From Bryobacterales bacterium (GTDB taxonomy: Bacteria > Acidobacteriota > Terriglobia > Bryobacterales > UBA6623): 64,000 bases of DNA. The stretch covers positions 578,083-642,082 of the forward strand of contig CBDFIW010000004.1 of NCBI GenBank assembly GCA_965248255.1, given 5' to 3'. This document shows positions 51,709 to 61,740 of this stretch, in pieces. The translations under genes and the position numbers were made by a program. The first letter of the stretch is position 1; each line of letters opens with the position of its first letter. The notes under the pieces were generated by a model, which worked only from the letters and a program-made list of their open reading frames with translations, was not told where the DNA came from and made no database searches.

Positions 51709-53403
51709 TCAGGTTCCCTTCCATCCCGGACCGCGCACGAATCGTCCGGGCGTCGCGCCTGTGTGCTCGCCGTTCTTGAGTACATGGCCGCCGTTGACAA
51801 AGACGTGGACGACACCGGTAGCGTATTGGTGGGGCCTTTCGAACGTGGCGTGGTCTTGGATGGTTTCGGGGTCGAAGACGACCACGTCGGCAAAGTAGCC
51901 TTTCTTGAGCAGGCCGCGGCGGTCGAGCCGCAGCGCCGTCGCCGGGAGATTCGTGAGCTTGCGAATCGCCTCTTCCAATGACAGCAGTTTCTCCTCACGC
52001 ACGTACCTGCCTAGCAGCTTGGCGAAACTGCCGTAGGCGCGTGGGTGCGTGCTGCTTTTGAGGAAGACCCCTTCGGCGGCGAGCGAAGCCGAATCCGAGC
52101 AGAAACTGACCCAGGGCAGGACCAGCTTCTTGCGCAGATTGTCCTCCGACTGCGAGAAATAAACTGTATTGATGCGGCTGCCGTCTTCGACGATCAGGTC
52201 CATGGCGGTCTGGTCGGGCGGCGTGCCACGCATGTCGGCGACCTCGGCCAGAGTCTTCCCTGTCAGGGGCTTCAGCTTCTCGTTCTTGAAGCCGACGAGC
52301 AGGATTCCTTGCGGCGAGCCCGCGCCGACATAGAGGTTGGCCCAGTCGGGAGATTCCTGGTTCATCTCGCGCCTGATGCGTCTTCGCTTGGCTGGGTCCC
52401 TCAGTCGCTTCAGCGCCTCTTCGAACCCGCCTTCCTGTACCCAAGGCGGCATCGACGACAGCAACCCCGTCGAGCCCGCGGGATACGTGTAGACGTCCGC
52501 GGTGATCTCGAGCCCGTCGGCCTGGGCCTGCTCGATCTTGGCGATGGCATCGTCGAATTTGCCCCAGTTGGTGCGTCCGGACGCCTTGAGGTGATAGATC
52601 TCGGCACGGATTTTCGCCTCGCGCGAGATGGTGATCAGCTCGTCGATGGCCTCCAGCAACTGCGTCCCCTCGCTGCGCATGTGCGAGGCGTAGAGCCCGC
52701 CGTACTCGGCGGCAGCTTGGGCGAGCGCGATCAACTCGTCGGTCTCGGCGAACGACCCAGGTGGATAGATCAGCGATGATGCGATGCCGACCGCACCCTC
52801 TTCCATCGCCTGGCGTACGAGGTCCTGCATCTGTTTGAGTTCGTCGGGTGTCGGCGGGCGGTCGTTGTACCCGATGACAAACTTGCGTGGTGTAGCCGCG
52901 CCAATGAACGAAGCGACATTCGGAGAAATGCCACGATTTTCTAAGAACTCGACATAGCCGCCCAAGGTCGTCCACTCGACGTCGTACTTGATGTCACCCT
53001 GACGCGCCGCCATCTCACGCATCATCTCGTCGTTGAGCGGTCCCATCGAGTTACCCTCGCCCATGACTTCGAGCGTGGCCCCTTGCCGGATGTCGCTCTG
53101 CGAACGGCCATCTTCGATGAGCGATTCGTTGGCCCAGCTCATCATGTTGATGAAACCGGGCGAGACCGCCAGACCTTGTGCGTCCACTTCGGTCTTGCCT
53201 GTAGCACTGGCAAGATCGCCAAGCGCGGCAATCGAGTCCCCCTGGATTGCCAAGTCGGTCACAACCGGGGCCGAGCCGGTGCCGTCGTAGATGGTCCCGT
53301 TACGGATGAGCACGTCGTATTCGATGGGCGTCGAGCACCGCGACGACCAGGCAAGACAGGCGAGGGTGACCCAAAGGGTCGTTCTTGTGATCGCGGCGCG
53401 CAT
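51709..53403 (-). CDS. N-acyl-D-amino-acid deacylase (D-aminoacylase, amidohydrolase)
   Basis: VLIRNGTIYDGTG, PGFINMMS, ASHMR, IYHLK, HPRAYGSF, GYFADVVVFD and TGATPG. Confidence 0.92.
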   Translation of the reverse strand: MRAAITRTTLWVTLACLAWSSRCSTPIEYDVLIRNGTIYDGTGSAPVVTDLAIQGDSIAALGDLASATGKTEVDAQGLAVSPGFINMMSWANESLIEDGRSQSDIRQGATLEVMGEGNSMGPLNDEMMREMAARQGDIKYDVEWTTLGGYVEFLENRGISPNVASFIGAATPRKFVIGYNDRPPTPDELKQMQDLVRQAMEEGAVGIASSLIYPPGSFAETDELIALAQAAAEYGGLYASHMRSEGTQLLEAIDELITISREAKIRAEIYHLKASGRTNWGKFDDAIAKIEQAQADGLEITADVYTYPAGSTGLLSSMPPWVQEGGFEEALKRLRDPAKRRRIRREMNQESPDWANLYVGAGSPQGILLVGFKNEKLKPLTGKTLAEVADMRGTPPDQTAMDLIVEDGSRINTVYFSQSEDNLRKKLVLPWVSFCSDSASLAAEGVFLKSSTHPRAYGSFAKLLGRYVREEKLLSLEEAIRKLTNLPATALRLDRRGLLKKGYFADVVVFDPETIQDHATFERPHQYATGVVHVFVNGGHVLKNGEHTGATPGRFVRGPGWKGT

Positions 53404-53542
53404 GATGGCGTCAGTGTAGCGAGTCCGAGCGGACCAGGGCGTAACGTGGGGGCCTGGCATGCCGCTGCCTTGTCCAAATTAGCGTCTCAGCGCCATGTCT
53501 TGCCCACCTGGCGCGCCTCAACACGTAGGGTTCTCGGACAGG

Positions 53543-53657
53543 CTTGATGAAAAACCTCACTCTGACCTCGGTCTACCAGACCACACCGGAGCCGAGTCCG
53601 CGAAGCGGACGGAAGGATAATAGCCCACGGTGGAGCCGTCAGGCGGAACCGTGGGTC
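53543..53657 (+). repeat. ~115-bp dispersed REP-containing repeat, between the paralogous deacylases
   Basis: Matches 19886-20000 (reverse strand); core tagcccacggtggagccgtcaggcggaaccgtggg. Confidence 0.8.
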
Positions 53658-54064
53658 ACCGACGCAAAATCACGAGAAGCCCTGGAGGGGCGTAGGAGGA
53701 GCTACAGGGCGTCTAGCGGCTGCATCTCGGACAGCATCCCGCATAGCACCGGACGAATCCCGGGTTCCAAGGGTGCTTTCCAGCCCCTGGAATCGCCTTG
53801 GCCTGAGAGAGTCGTGCCCGAACCCATCCCTTCACCGGTTCCTCGGCAAGTTGGACGGCACACCGCTAGCGAGGGGGTCTGCCCTGCGCTTCCCGTCCTC
53901 GTTGACAGCAAGGAAGGGACTTACCTTGTCCAGCATCGCCGGGCCAACGCTAATTCGGACAGCTCAGCCGCATGCCGTGCCCGCGGCTTGTGGCGTAGTC
54001 CTGGTCAGCCACGCTTAGGAAGCAATCGTGCTACGGGGATCTAGCGCTTGCTGACGCGGCGCGG

Positions 54065-55792
54065 TTAGTAGTAGGCTGTCCGGGCCTCGCCGCGGCCCTT
54101 CCAGCCCGGTCCCCGAACGACGCGCCCCGGCGTGGCGCCTGTGTGCTCGCCGTCCTTCAACACCGCGACGCCGTTGACCAGGACGTGCGGGATCCCCGTG
54201 GAGTACTGGTGCGGCTTCTCGTATGTGGCGTGGTCTTGGACGGTGTCGGGGTCGAAGATGACGATGTCGGCGAAGTAGCCCTCTTTCAGGAGGCCTCGCC
54301 GGTCAAGCTTGAGGGTCTCGGCCGGCAGCGAGGTCATCTTGCGGATCGCTTCTTCCAGCGTCATCGCCTTTTCCTCGCGCACATATTTGGCCAGTAGGCG
54401 CGGGAAGCTGCCGTAGGCGCGTGGATGGATGTGCGACTCAAGAAAGATCCCCTCCGTGGCCACGGAGGGAGAGTCGGTGCAAAAACTGATCCAGGGAATC
54501 GGGATCTTGTTGTCCACGTTCTCCTGGGTCATCGAGAAGCCGACGGACATCACCTTGCTGTCGTCTTTGATGATCAGATCCATCGCGGTTTCTTCGGGCG
54601 AGCTGTTCCAGATTTCGGCGATCTCGGCGATCGTCTTTCCGTTGAGGTGCTTCAGGTCGGGGTTCTTTAGACCGACGACCTTATAGCCGGTCGGGCCGCC
54701 GACGCCGAGATATAGGTTTTCCCACTCGTCGGAAGGCGTGAGCATCTCCCGGGCGATTCGCTTCCGTGTGGCTGGATCTTTGAGCCGCTTCAGGCGGGCT
54801 TCCTGTCCGCCCTCTCCGACCCAGGGTGGCATGGCGGCCGTGAGCCCGCCCGAGCCCGCGTTGTAAGGATAGACGTCGGCGGTGATCGCAAGCCCATCAG
54901 CGCGAGCCTTTTCGATCTTCTGTACCGCCAGGTCCAGCTTGGGTGCGTTCGCCCGGCCGACAGCCTTGAGATGGTAGACTTCGGCGCGAATGGCGGCCTG
55001 GCGTGCAATCGTGATCACCTCGTCAATACCGTCGAGCAACCGTGTGCCCGAGAAGCGCATATGCGATGCGTAGAGACCGTCATACTCGGCTGCAACCTTG
55101 GCCAGCTCGATCAGCTCCTGCGTGTCGGCGAACGGCCCGGGGACCTGCATGAGCGCGGAAGCCACGCCGAGGGCGCCCTCTTCCATGGCTTGCCGCACCA
55201 AAGCGCGCATGCGATCGAGCTCCTCGGGGCTGGGCGGCCGGTTCTCCTGGCCCAACTCGTGAATGCGCGCGGTCGTTGTTCCCATGAACGAGGCCACGTT
55301 CGGAGAGACTCCTCGCGTTTCGAGGTACTGCAAATATCCATCCAGCGTCCGCCACTCGAACTCGTAGCGAATGTCTCCCCCGCGCTGCTGCCAGTCTTGC
55401 TTGGTCCGGTCGTTTACCGGACCCATCGAGCGCCCCTCGCCCATGACTTCGAGAGTAATGCCCTGTCGGATGTCGCTTTGTGAAAGCCCGTCGGCGATGA
55501 GCGACTCCTGCGAGTGGCTCATCATGTTGATGAACCCGGGGGTGACCGCCAGCCCCTGGGCATCGATCTCCACTTCCCCTACGGCCTCGGGCAGCGATCC
55601 CATCGCCGCGATCACGTCGTCGCGGATCGCCACGTCACTACGAACCGGCGGCGCGCCACTGCCGTCGTAGACCGTGCCGTTGCGGATGACAACGTTGTAC
55701 TCAACGGGTGCGGAGCAAGCCATCCATGCCGTGATCGGCAAGAGGGTGATGAGATGTTGGATCCTGATCTGGAATCGCCTGGAATGGAGCAT
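54065..55792 (-). CDS. N-acyl-D-amino-acid deacylase, tandem paralogue
   Basis: Same motif set as 51709-53403 (PGFINMMSH, HPRAYGSFPR, TGATPG). Confidence 0.92.
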   Translation of the reverse strand: MLHSRRFQIRIQHLITLLPITAWMACSAPVEYNVVIRNGTVYDGSGAPPVRSDVAIRDDVIAAMGSLPEAVGEVEIDAQGLAVTPGFINMMSHSQESLIADGLSQSDIRQGITLEVMGEGRSMGPVNDRTKQDWQQRGGDIRYEFEWRTLDGYLQYLETRGVSPNVASFMGTTTARIHELGQENRPPSPEELDRMRALVRQAMEEGALGVASALMQVPGPFADTQELIELAKVAAEYDGLYASHMRFSGTRLLDGIDEVITIARQAAIRAEVYHLKAVGRANAPKLDLAVQKIEKARADGLAITADVYPYNAGSGGLTAAMPPWVGEGGQEARLKRLKDPATRKRIAREMLTPSDEWENLYLGVGGPTGYKVVGLKNPDLKHLNGKTIAEIAEIWNSSPEETAMDLIIKDDSKVMSVGFSMTQENVDNKIPIPWISFCTDSPSVATEGIFLESHIHPRAYGSFPRLLAKYVREEKAMTLEEAIRKMTSLPAETLKLDRRGLLKEGYFADIVIFDPDTVQDHATYEKPHQYSTGIPHVLVNGVAVLKDGEHTGATPGRVVRGPGWKGRGEARTAYY

Positions 55793-56028
55793 AACGCTGC
55801 CAGTGTAGCGCCTGAAATAGACTTGCGTCACCCTTTCGGATTGAGGTTCGACTGACCCGCCGGACGCTCATTGACGGCGCGGCGCGAGTATGGCTGCGGT
55901 CGCGGCCTTCTGGACCGCCCCGACCGGCGGCTGTCTGCGCCGGTCGATCGTGGCTGAACCGACGACTCCAGAACTCAGAAGCGGCAACTCCCGGCGGCTA
56001 TTGTAGAATCAAAAGACACTTGTCACGA

Positions 56029-56105
56029 CGGGGCGTAGCGCAGCCTGGTAGCGCGCCTGCTTCGGGAGCAGGAGGTCCGGAGTTCAAATCTCCGCGCCCC
56101 GACCA
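56029..56105 (+). tRNA. tRNA-Pro(CGG)
   Basis: CGGGGCG acceptor stem, TT-CGG-GA anticodon loop, GTTCAAATC and encoded CCA. Confidence 0.96.
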
Positions 56106-56194
56106 TTCCCTTCAACAAGTTGCGAGCGTCCGCTCGCATCCGGAGTGTCGATTGTGACGCGGATTGTGACGTAACCCCCTCCGGAAAGTCCCAA

Positions 56195-57295
56195 TCAGCT
56201 CGCCTTCTCCGCAAGATCGCCGGCCACGGCCAGCGGCTTCTCCATCAGCCCCGAACTCAGTTTTTCTATCGCGGTGCGCTTGGCTTCCATCCGCACGTGG
56301 GAGTAGTGCTCCAGCATCTCGCGCGTCAGATGGCCAGTGATCGCCATCAGTGTCGCGTCCGGCGCTCCCGCCTCGGCCAGCTCTGTGATCGCTGTGTGGC
56401 GCAGGTCGTGGAAGCGGAAACCCTTCAGTCCCGCCGCCTTCGTCAAAGAGCGCCACGCCGTTCTCCAGGACTTCTGGTGGCGGTTGGGGTTGATCTGCCC
56501 GCGCTCGCAGGCTGGGAAGACGTAGTGGTTTGGGTCGGTACAGCCCAACGCTTCCGCTCGCTCTCGCAGACGGGCGAAGGCGGCCATCGCGTCGTCGTTC
56601 AAAGGGATCGTACGTTTCCCCGAGTCCTTCTTGCTGCGATTGATCCGCACCTCTCGTTTGAAGAGATCGACTTCCTTCCAACGGATGTGCTTCAGTTCAA
56701 CCCCCCGGCAGGTGGTCGAGGCTGCCAGAACAGCGGCACAGTGCGCAACCAGCCATTGGGGTTTCTTGGCTGCCGTCTCGAACAAGCACTTTTTCTCCCC
56801 TGGGATCAGCGCTCGGCCGATGTGCGAGGTCTCCGCGTACATCGTCACATCCTCGGCCAGCATCGCCCAACGCTTGGCCTTCTTCAGCATCCGCCGCAGG
56901 GCGCTGACCTCCATGTTGATTGTGCGACCCGACACACCTTCCCCGAACCGGGCCTCTTGGTAGGCAGCGATGTCCCCAGAAGAGATTCGCCCGAGGGTTT
57001 TCTTGCCGAGATGCCGCCGCAAAGGAACGAGACGCTCCTTCTCGAACTGAGTCGTGCGCTCGGCGACCCGCTTCTCACGATCCTTCAGGTATTGGTCAGC
57101 CGCTGCTCCGAATGGCAGACGACCGAAAGCCTTGCCAGTCGGCGCTGCCACCTTGCCGGCTTGGATCTGCGCAATCAGCTCTTTCTCACGGGCCTTCGCC
57201 TCGCGTTTGTCAGTTGTCTTCAGCGACTGCCGAAACCGTTCCCCGTTCACGGTGACATCGGCCCACCACGTGTTATCTCGTTTCCAGAGCGCCAT
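56195..57295 (-). CDS. int: Tyrosine recombinase/phage integrase
   Basis: TTCRGVEL (catalytic R), FHDLRHTAIT, TGH and HYSH. Confidence 0.93.
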   Translation of the reverse strand: MALWKRDNTWWADVTVNGERFRQSLKTTDKREAKAREKELIAQIQAGKVAAPTGKAFGRLPFGAAADQYLKDREKRVAERTTQFEKERLVPLRRHLGKKTLGRISSGDIAAYQEARFGEGVSGRTINMEVSALRRMLKKAKRWAMLAEDVTMYAETSHIGRALIPGEKKCLFETAAKKPQWLVAHCAAVLAASTTCRGVELKHIRWKEVDLFKREVRINRSKKDSGKRTIPLNDDAMAAFARLRERAEALGCTDPNHYVFPACERGQINPNRHQKSWRTAWRSLTKAAGLKGFRFHDLRHTAITELAEAGAPDATLMAITGHLTREMLEHYSHVRMEAKRTAIEKLSSGLMEKPLAVAGDLAEKAS

Positions 57296-57307
57296 GAGCT
57301 CGCCTCC

Positions 57308-57496
57308 TCAATCTTTGGTTGTTGTTCGTCGGCTGCGGTGCGAGTGCTTCTTGCCGCTGCCCTTCGGACGACCACCCTTCTTGCCGTTCTCGCGGGCTAT
57401 CTCTTGAATCCTTTCCAAGCCCAGTCTCGTGACGCGCGCCTTGTAGGAGCGCTTGCCGAGCCAACTGGTGAACCTGCGGACCTCACTTTGTGTCAT
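57308..57496 (-). CDS. Small basic protein upstream of the integrase
   Basis: 62 aa with QEIARENGKKGGRPKG (AT-hook/KGG-like); ends just before the integrase RBS. Confidence 0.65.
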   Translation of the reverse strand: MTQSEVRRFTSWLGKRSYKARVTRLGLERIQEIARENGKKGGRPKGSGKKHSHRSRRTTTKD

Positions 57497-57600
57497 GTAT
57501 ATATCCTAAGCTCTTTCGGTTTTTTTGTCCAGCTATCGTGCAACATCGAGCGTCACGGCTCGACCTGATCCGCTATATATGTGTAGGGTTAGCTACGGGC

Positions 57601-58033
57601 GTGAACGACTCTGTATCCCACTCTGAATGGCTGACACGCAAACGCCTCATCGACCCCAAGCTGAAGGCGGCGGGCTGGCGTGTGGTGCCCTACGATGCTG
57701 CTGGAGCGCTCAGCAGGCTGGACCGTTGCGCGATGGAGGAGTACCAACCGAGAACGGGCCGGCGGACTACGCCCTCTGCGCGAAGGACGCCTCCTAGGGA
57801 TCGTCGAAGCCAAGAAGCTCAGCCTTGGACCCCAGGGGGCGTGTTGACACAGGCAGAGCAGCTACTCCTTCACGATTGGTGAATCAGGTCTATCGGCTTA
57901 TGAAGTCGGGTGTCGCGAAGAGAATCCTTTTCCTCGTGGACCGGCGTTCTCTCGCCGTCCAGAGAGTCCGGGGAGTTCTCGTCTTTCGAGCCGGAAGCAC
58001 GACTCAAGTTCGATAAAGGACTACGAGGTTTAC
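57601..58033 (+). pseudogene. hsdR: Type I restriction subunit (HsdR) remnant, internally deleted and frameshifted
   Basis: EWLTRKRLIDPKLKAAGW; GPADYAL; GIVEAKK; QAE; then jumps to KRILFLVDRRSLA and KFDK..YEVY. Confidence 0.8.
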
Positions 58034-58700
58034 GGCCCTGAAGGACTCGGAAGAGTTATCTTAAGATGCTTCTTGACGTCGGCACGTTTGCGTGCCGAGA
58101 CGGCCAGGGCCGCCGCCCTGCGAAGCTGAGGATGGCTGGCCCCCTGTAGCTGCTCGCGGGACAGGCTGAGGAGCAGGAGATTCAGCGCCACGACGCACGC
58201 GGACTCGCGGGTCGCCCACGCCCCCAGGCTTTCCTTCCGCGACGACCAGAGTAGAGTGGACTTCGCGTCCACCGTCATCCGGAAGCTCTTCGACGAGGCG
58301 TGGACAGCGCGCGAGAGCACCGCGAATTCTTTCTTCAAGCCTTCCAGCCCGGTGACGGCGCTGCTCACTCCGAGCATCTTCGGATGGTGTTGCAGGTACT
58401 CGTAGATCCTCAGGAAGCCGAGCCTGTGCTTGCCGAGCTGCCATAGCTGTAGCTCGACGGGATGGCCCATGTAGTACAGGCAGAATCCGACGTTCTCCAT
58501 GCAGCTTCTAAGGCTCTTAAGCGCCAGCCGCCAAGAGCCGAGGCGTGCGGAGACGTGTGACACCAGGGTGTCGTTCTGAGCTTCCAGAAAGAATCCGAGG
58601 CTGTCCTCCGAGATGCGCCCTTCTAGGTGTGTTCTCCAGGCCTGAAGGGAAACAAGTCTTCGATAGCTCTGCAAGAAGTGGCCCCGGCTGGACTCTATTG
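58030..58700 (-). pseudogene. HEPN-like/unknown helical protein lacking its 5' end
   Basis: ALKSLRSCMEN..LYYMGHPVE..W and EFAVLSRAVHAS (LSxxVH pattern). Fused at ~58700 to the truncated AAA domain. Confidence 0.5.
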
Positions 58701-60098
58701 TGGATGACCAGCACAGTCGCACCGAGATTGGCCAGGACCCGGAACTGATCCATGAACGCCCTCGTGTCGGTCGAATCCTGTTCGGAACCCTCATGGAAGA
58801 CGATCAGAGGATCGTAAATGATCAACCCCTTCTCCTCGCATGCGAACCTCTGAATGGATCGCCGACCCCGGACCCGGCGGCGGTGAATCGACCCACCCGC
58901 CCCAGATGCGAAGCTCGTGCGTTTCTGGCACGCCGAGGTTGTGCAACTTGTCCTTCACAACGAAAAGCGGGTTCTCACCGTCGAGATAAAGCACCGGCAG
59001 ACGTATCACATCCCTGCCAAGGAAGGACTGACCCCTTGCAACCGCGCCCGCCACTGCATATGCGAAAAAGGATTTCCCCGTGCCGCTCTCGGCCGAGGTC
59101 ATGATGACGCTGCCTCGCGGGATCAGGTTCTTGACTACCCAATCGAGGCGGGCGTCTAGGCTCCAGACAGAAGGCAACTGCGACAGGTCGGTGATTGACC
59201 GTCGCGCACCCTGGGTTTCGGCGGACAACGGGAACCATCGGCGCTCTAGCTCGGCCAGGAGGACTTCATCAAGAACGGGAGCGTTGCGCACCAGTTCCGC
59301 CAATCGCTCCTTTGTGTGCCCGGCGTCGATCCAGTCGGTGATATCGCCCTTCTCGGGAAGATCCGGCAACTCTAGAACTTTGACGGCGCTGGCTATTCCG
59401 AGTAGTGAGCGAGCCCTTTGGATCGCGTCCTTGCGCCCATCGTCGTCGTTGTCAAGCAGGATGACGACCGGCTTGGCGGCTAGGTGCTTCGAGTGCTCGT
59501 CCCCCCACTGACCAGCCGCCCCTGCGGTGGTCGCAGAAATCTGCCAGCCCCGCAACCTTTCCGCGTCCTTCTCGCCCTCGGTTGTGTAGACCACCTCGGC
59601 CTGGAGGATCTCCCGCAGCCGATAGGGGACGCGCCGAACCCCGTGCAAATTCCAGATCCACCCACCCGCGCCATCGGGCCTCCGCCAGCGAAAGTCCTTC
59701 CGTTCGTAGCGAACCTGCTGGTACAGAAGTTCGCCGTTCTCGTCCGTGTAGTCGTAAGTTGCGACGATTTGGCGATTTGATGTAGGCGGGAGTGGACTCG
59801 GCTTGCAGTTTGTCGAATTGACGCGACCAATGATTTGCTCCACTCCAGCCTTGGCTTCCGGGAAGGGCCGACCTGTGAGCTTCACCTCCAAGTCGAAGAT
59901 GTCGCCGCCTTCGTCGCACCGGGAGTGGCAATACCACTGGCCGGTCTCCGCGTTGACGGCAAACGAATCACGTTTGCCGTCATGGATCGGACAAGGTCCT
60001 CGCCATTCTCGGCCACGCATCTTCAGGTTGGGAACTCGGGCTGCGTAGTACCCGCGCACTTCACCTCCCGATAGCGGTTGCCGTCCGGCAGCGCTCAT
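58700..60098 (-). pseudogene. Primase (zf-CHC2 + TOPRIM) fused to a RecA-like AAA_25 helicase; frameshifted near 58856 and truncated
   Basis: CPIHDG..CHSRC, TEGEKDA, DNDDDG, PEKGDITDW, Walker A AESGTGKS; Walker B IIYDPL lies in the shifted frame. Confidence 0.85.
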
Positions 60099-60150
60099 CG
60101 CCCACTCCTGTTAAGGGCAAGCTCCAGCCGCGCTGAGTCAATCACGACAC

Positions 60151-60372
60151 TCATCTTTCGGGCTCCTGGTCGATTTCGCTGCTGCCAGCCGTCGAGACCG
60201 GCGTGACCCGCTGCGCGGCGAGAAACGAATCTACGTCAGGCCGAGAGTAAATGACACGACGCCCAACCCTGATGAAGACCGGTGGCAGGCCGAGCCGTCT
60301 GCGCTTGCGCAGAGTAGCCACAGAGACACTCATGTAGTGAGCCGTCGCCCTCTCGGTATCGTGGTCACCCAT
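60151..60372 (-). CDS. Excisionase-like/HTH_17 DNA-binding protein
   Basis: TERATAHYMSVSVATLRKRR..GLPPVFIRVGRRVIYSRPDVDSFL; GGAGG RBS. Confidence 0.85.
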   Translation of the reverse strand: MGDHDTERATAHYMSVSVATLRKRRRLGLPPVFIRVGRRVIYSRPDVDSFLAAQRVTPVSTAGSSEIDQEPER

Positions 60373-60550
60373 CGGAACCTCCAAACAGACATCATGCTAA
60401 CCAGTAACCGAGCCCCGCTCAAGGGCATTAGCAGGGTTTTTGGTAGGGTTTATCGCTCGTTTCTGAAGGGCAAGCCGTGGTTCTGAGCCGGACCGGAAGT
60501 ATAATGATTCACGACGCCCCACCGGAACCCTCCGCTAATGGCCTTGGCGT

Positions 60551-61225
60551 ATGTCCAGAGCGAAGAACGGGAGTGACTCGAACGTACGGACCTCAAAGAG
60601 GTTATGGCGTGAGGGGCACGACCCAGCCTTACGAAAGCGAATCAGTCGCCAACTTGAGATTGCTCTTCTGGAACTAAACGCCGCCGAAAACGAGCGCCTG
60701 TTGAAGGGGGAAGTGCCCCAAGATTGGCGTTCGGTTTCCGGAATGGCTGCGGCGGGGCTGGATCTGCTTGCCAAGGGTTGGCTACCGCTCGTGGCGAGTG
60801 TAGACGACGCCCAGGGGTTTCTTGAAGACCTGCGGGCGTCGGCCGACGACCTGGTTCAGTTCCTAACAGGAACAAGCGAAGTTCCAGAAGAGCAAAAGAA
60901 GGAACTGGTGGCGTTGACAAGATCGCAGCTTACGGGGCGCCTGAGGTACTGGCAAGCTCAAGTTCTCAAGTGGACTCTCAAAGAAGAGTCTATGCTGATC
61001 GACTTGATGCAATCCGAAGACTCTGGAGCTGTGGGGCAAAGTCTACCACACCTCTTGAAGACAGCACGGTCACACGCTGGCCATACCCAGTTTGAGGCTG
61101 CCCATATGATCCGCATCAATGTGAAGAATTATGGCCTGTATGAAAGGGGCCGAAGAGCCCCGAAGCGGCAAAGCGTCATGCGGTCTTTGAGCAACTACCT
61201 GACCAAATACGGTCAGGGAAGATAA
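60551..61225 (+). CDS. XRE-family HTH regulator (C-terminal HTH), divergent from xis
   Basis: LKTARSHAGHTQFEAAHMIRINVKNYGLYERGRRAP. Confidence 0.75.
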   Translation: MSRAKNGSDSNVRTSKRLWREGHDPALRKRISRQLEIALLELNAAENERLLKGEVPQDWRSVSGMAAAGLDLLAKGWLPLVASVDDAQGFLEDLRASADDLVQFLTGTSEVPEEQKKELVALTRSQLTGRLRYWQAQVLKWTLKEESMLIDLMQSEDSGAVGQSLPHLLKTARSHAGHTQFEAAHMIRINVKNYGLYERGRRAPKRQSVMRSLSNYLTKYGQGR

Positions 61226-61304
61226 GGCTGTCCTGGGAGGAGGATGATCCGGTTTCGCGTGAGCAGGGTTCGTCCTTGGTTGATATAAGTTATCAAACGA
61301 ATCA

Positions 61305-61525
61305 ATGCTAGAGGTGGTAGGAGAACCGCGGCGGGGCGGCCCAAGGGAAGCCGTAATCGCGCAACCCGTGAAATCGGAGTGTCGATATCTATGGCAGCGC
61401 CGCAGTACTCGGCCCTTGCAATTGAGGCACTTGCCCACGTTGCGCAGAAGGGTGAAAGCGAAAGTGCTCGCGTGTCGGCCGCCAACTCACTCTTGGATCG
61501 CGCCTGGGGCAGAACTATTAAATAG
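61305..61525 (+). pseudogene. Small terminase-like phage protein, start codon frameshifted (absent from the ORF track)
   Basis: The frame from 61307 reads ARGGRRTAAGRPKGSRNRATREI...AIEALAHVAQKGESESARVSAANSLLDRAWGR. atgctaga lacks one G of atg-gct-aga. Confidence 0.7.
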
Positions 61526-61740
61526 TCAGGGGTATGACCTGATTCCGGCGTCAGCTTTCATAGAGCTGTAGACGGCGATGGGGCACATTATTTTGCAAAG
61601 CGTCCGCGACCCAGAAGTCGTTGAGCGGAGCGACGATGCGATATCACGGATTGAAATCAAGGTATGAGCTTCTGCGCCCGCTCAGCATGAATCGCCAACC
61701 GGCGTAATCTTTCGGTCGCTGGCAGCTCTGCACCTGAATC

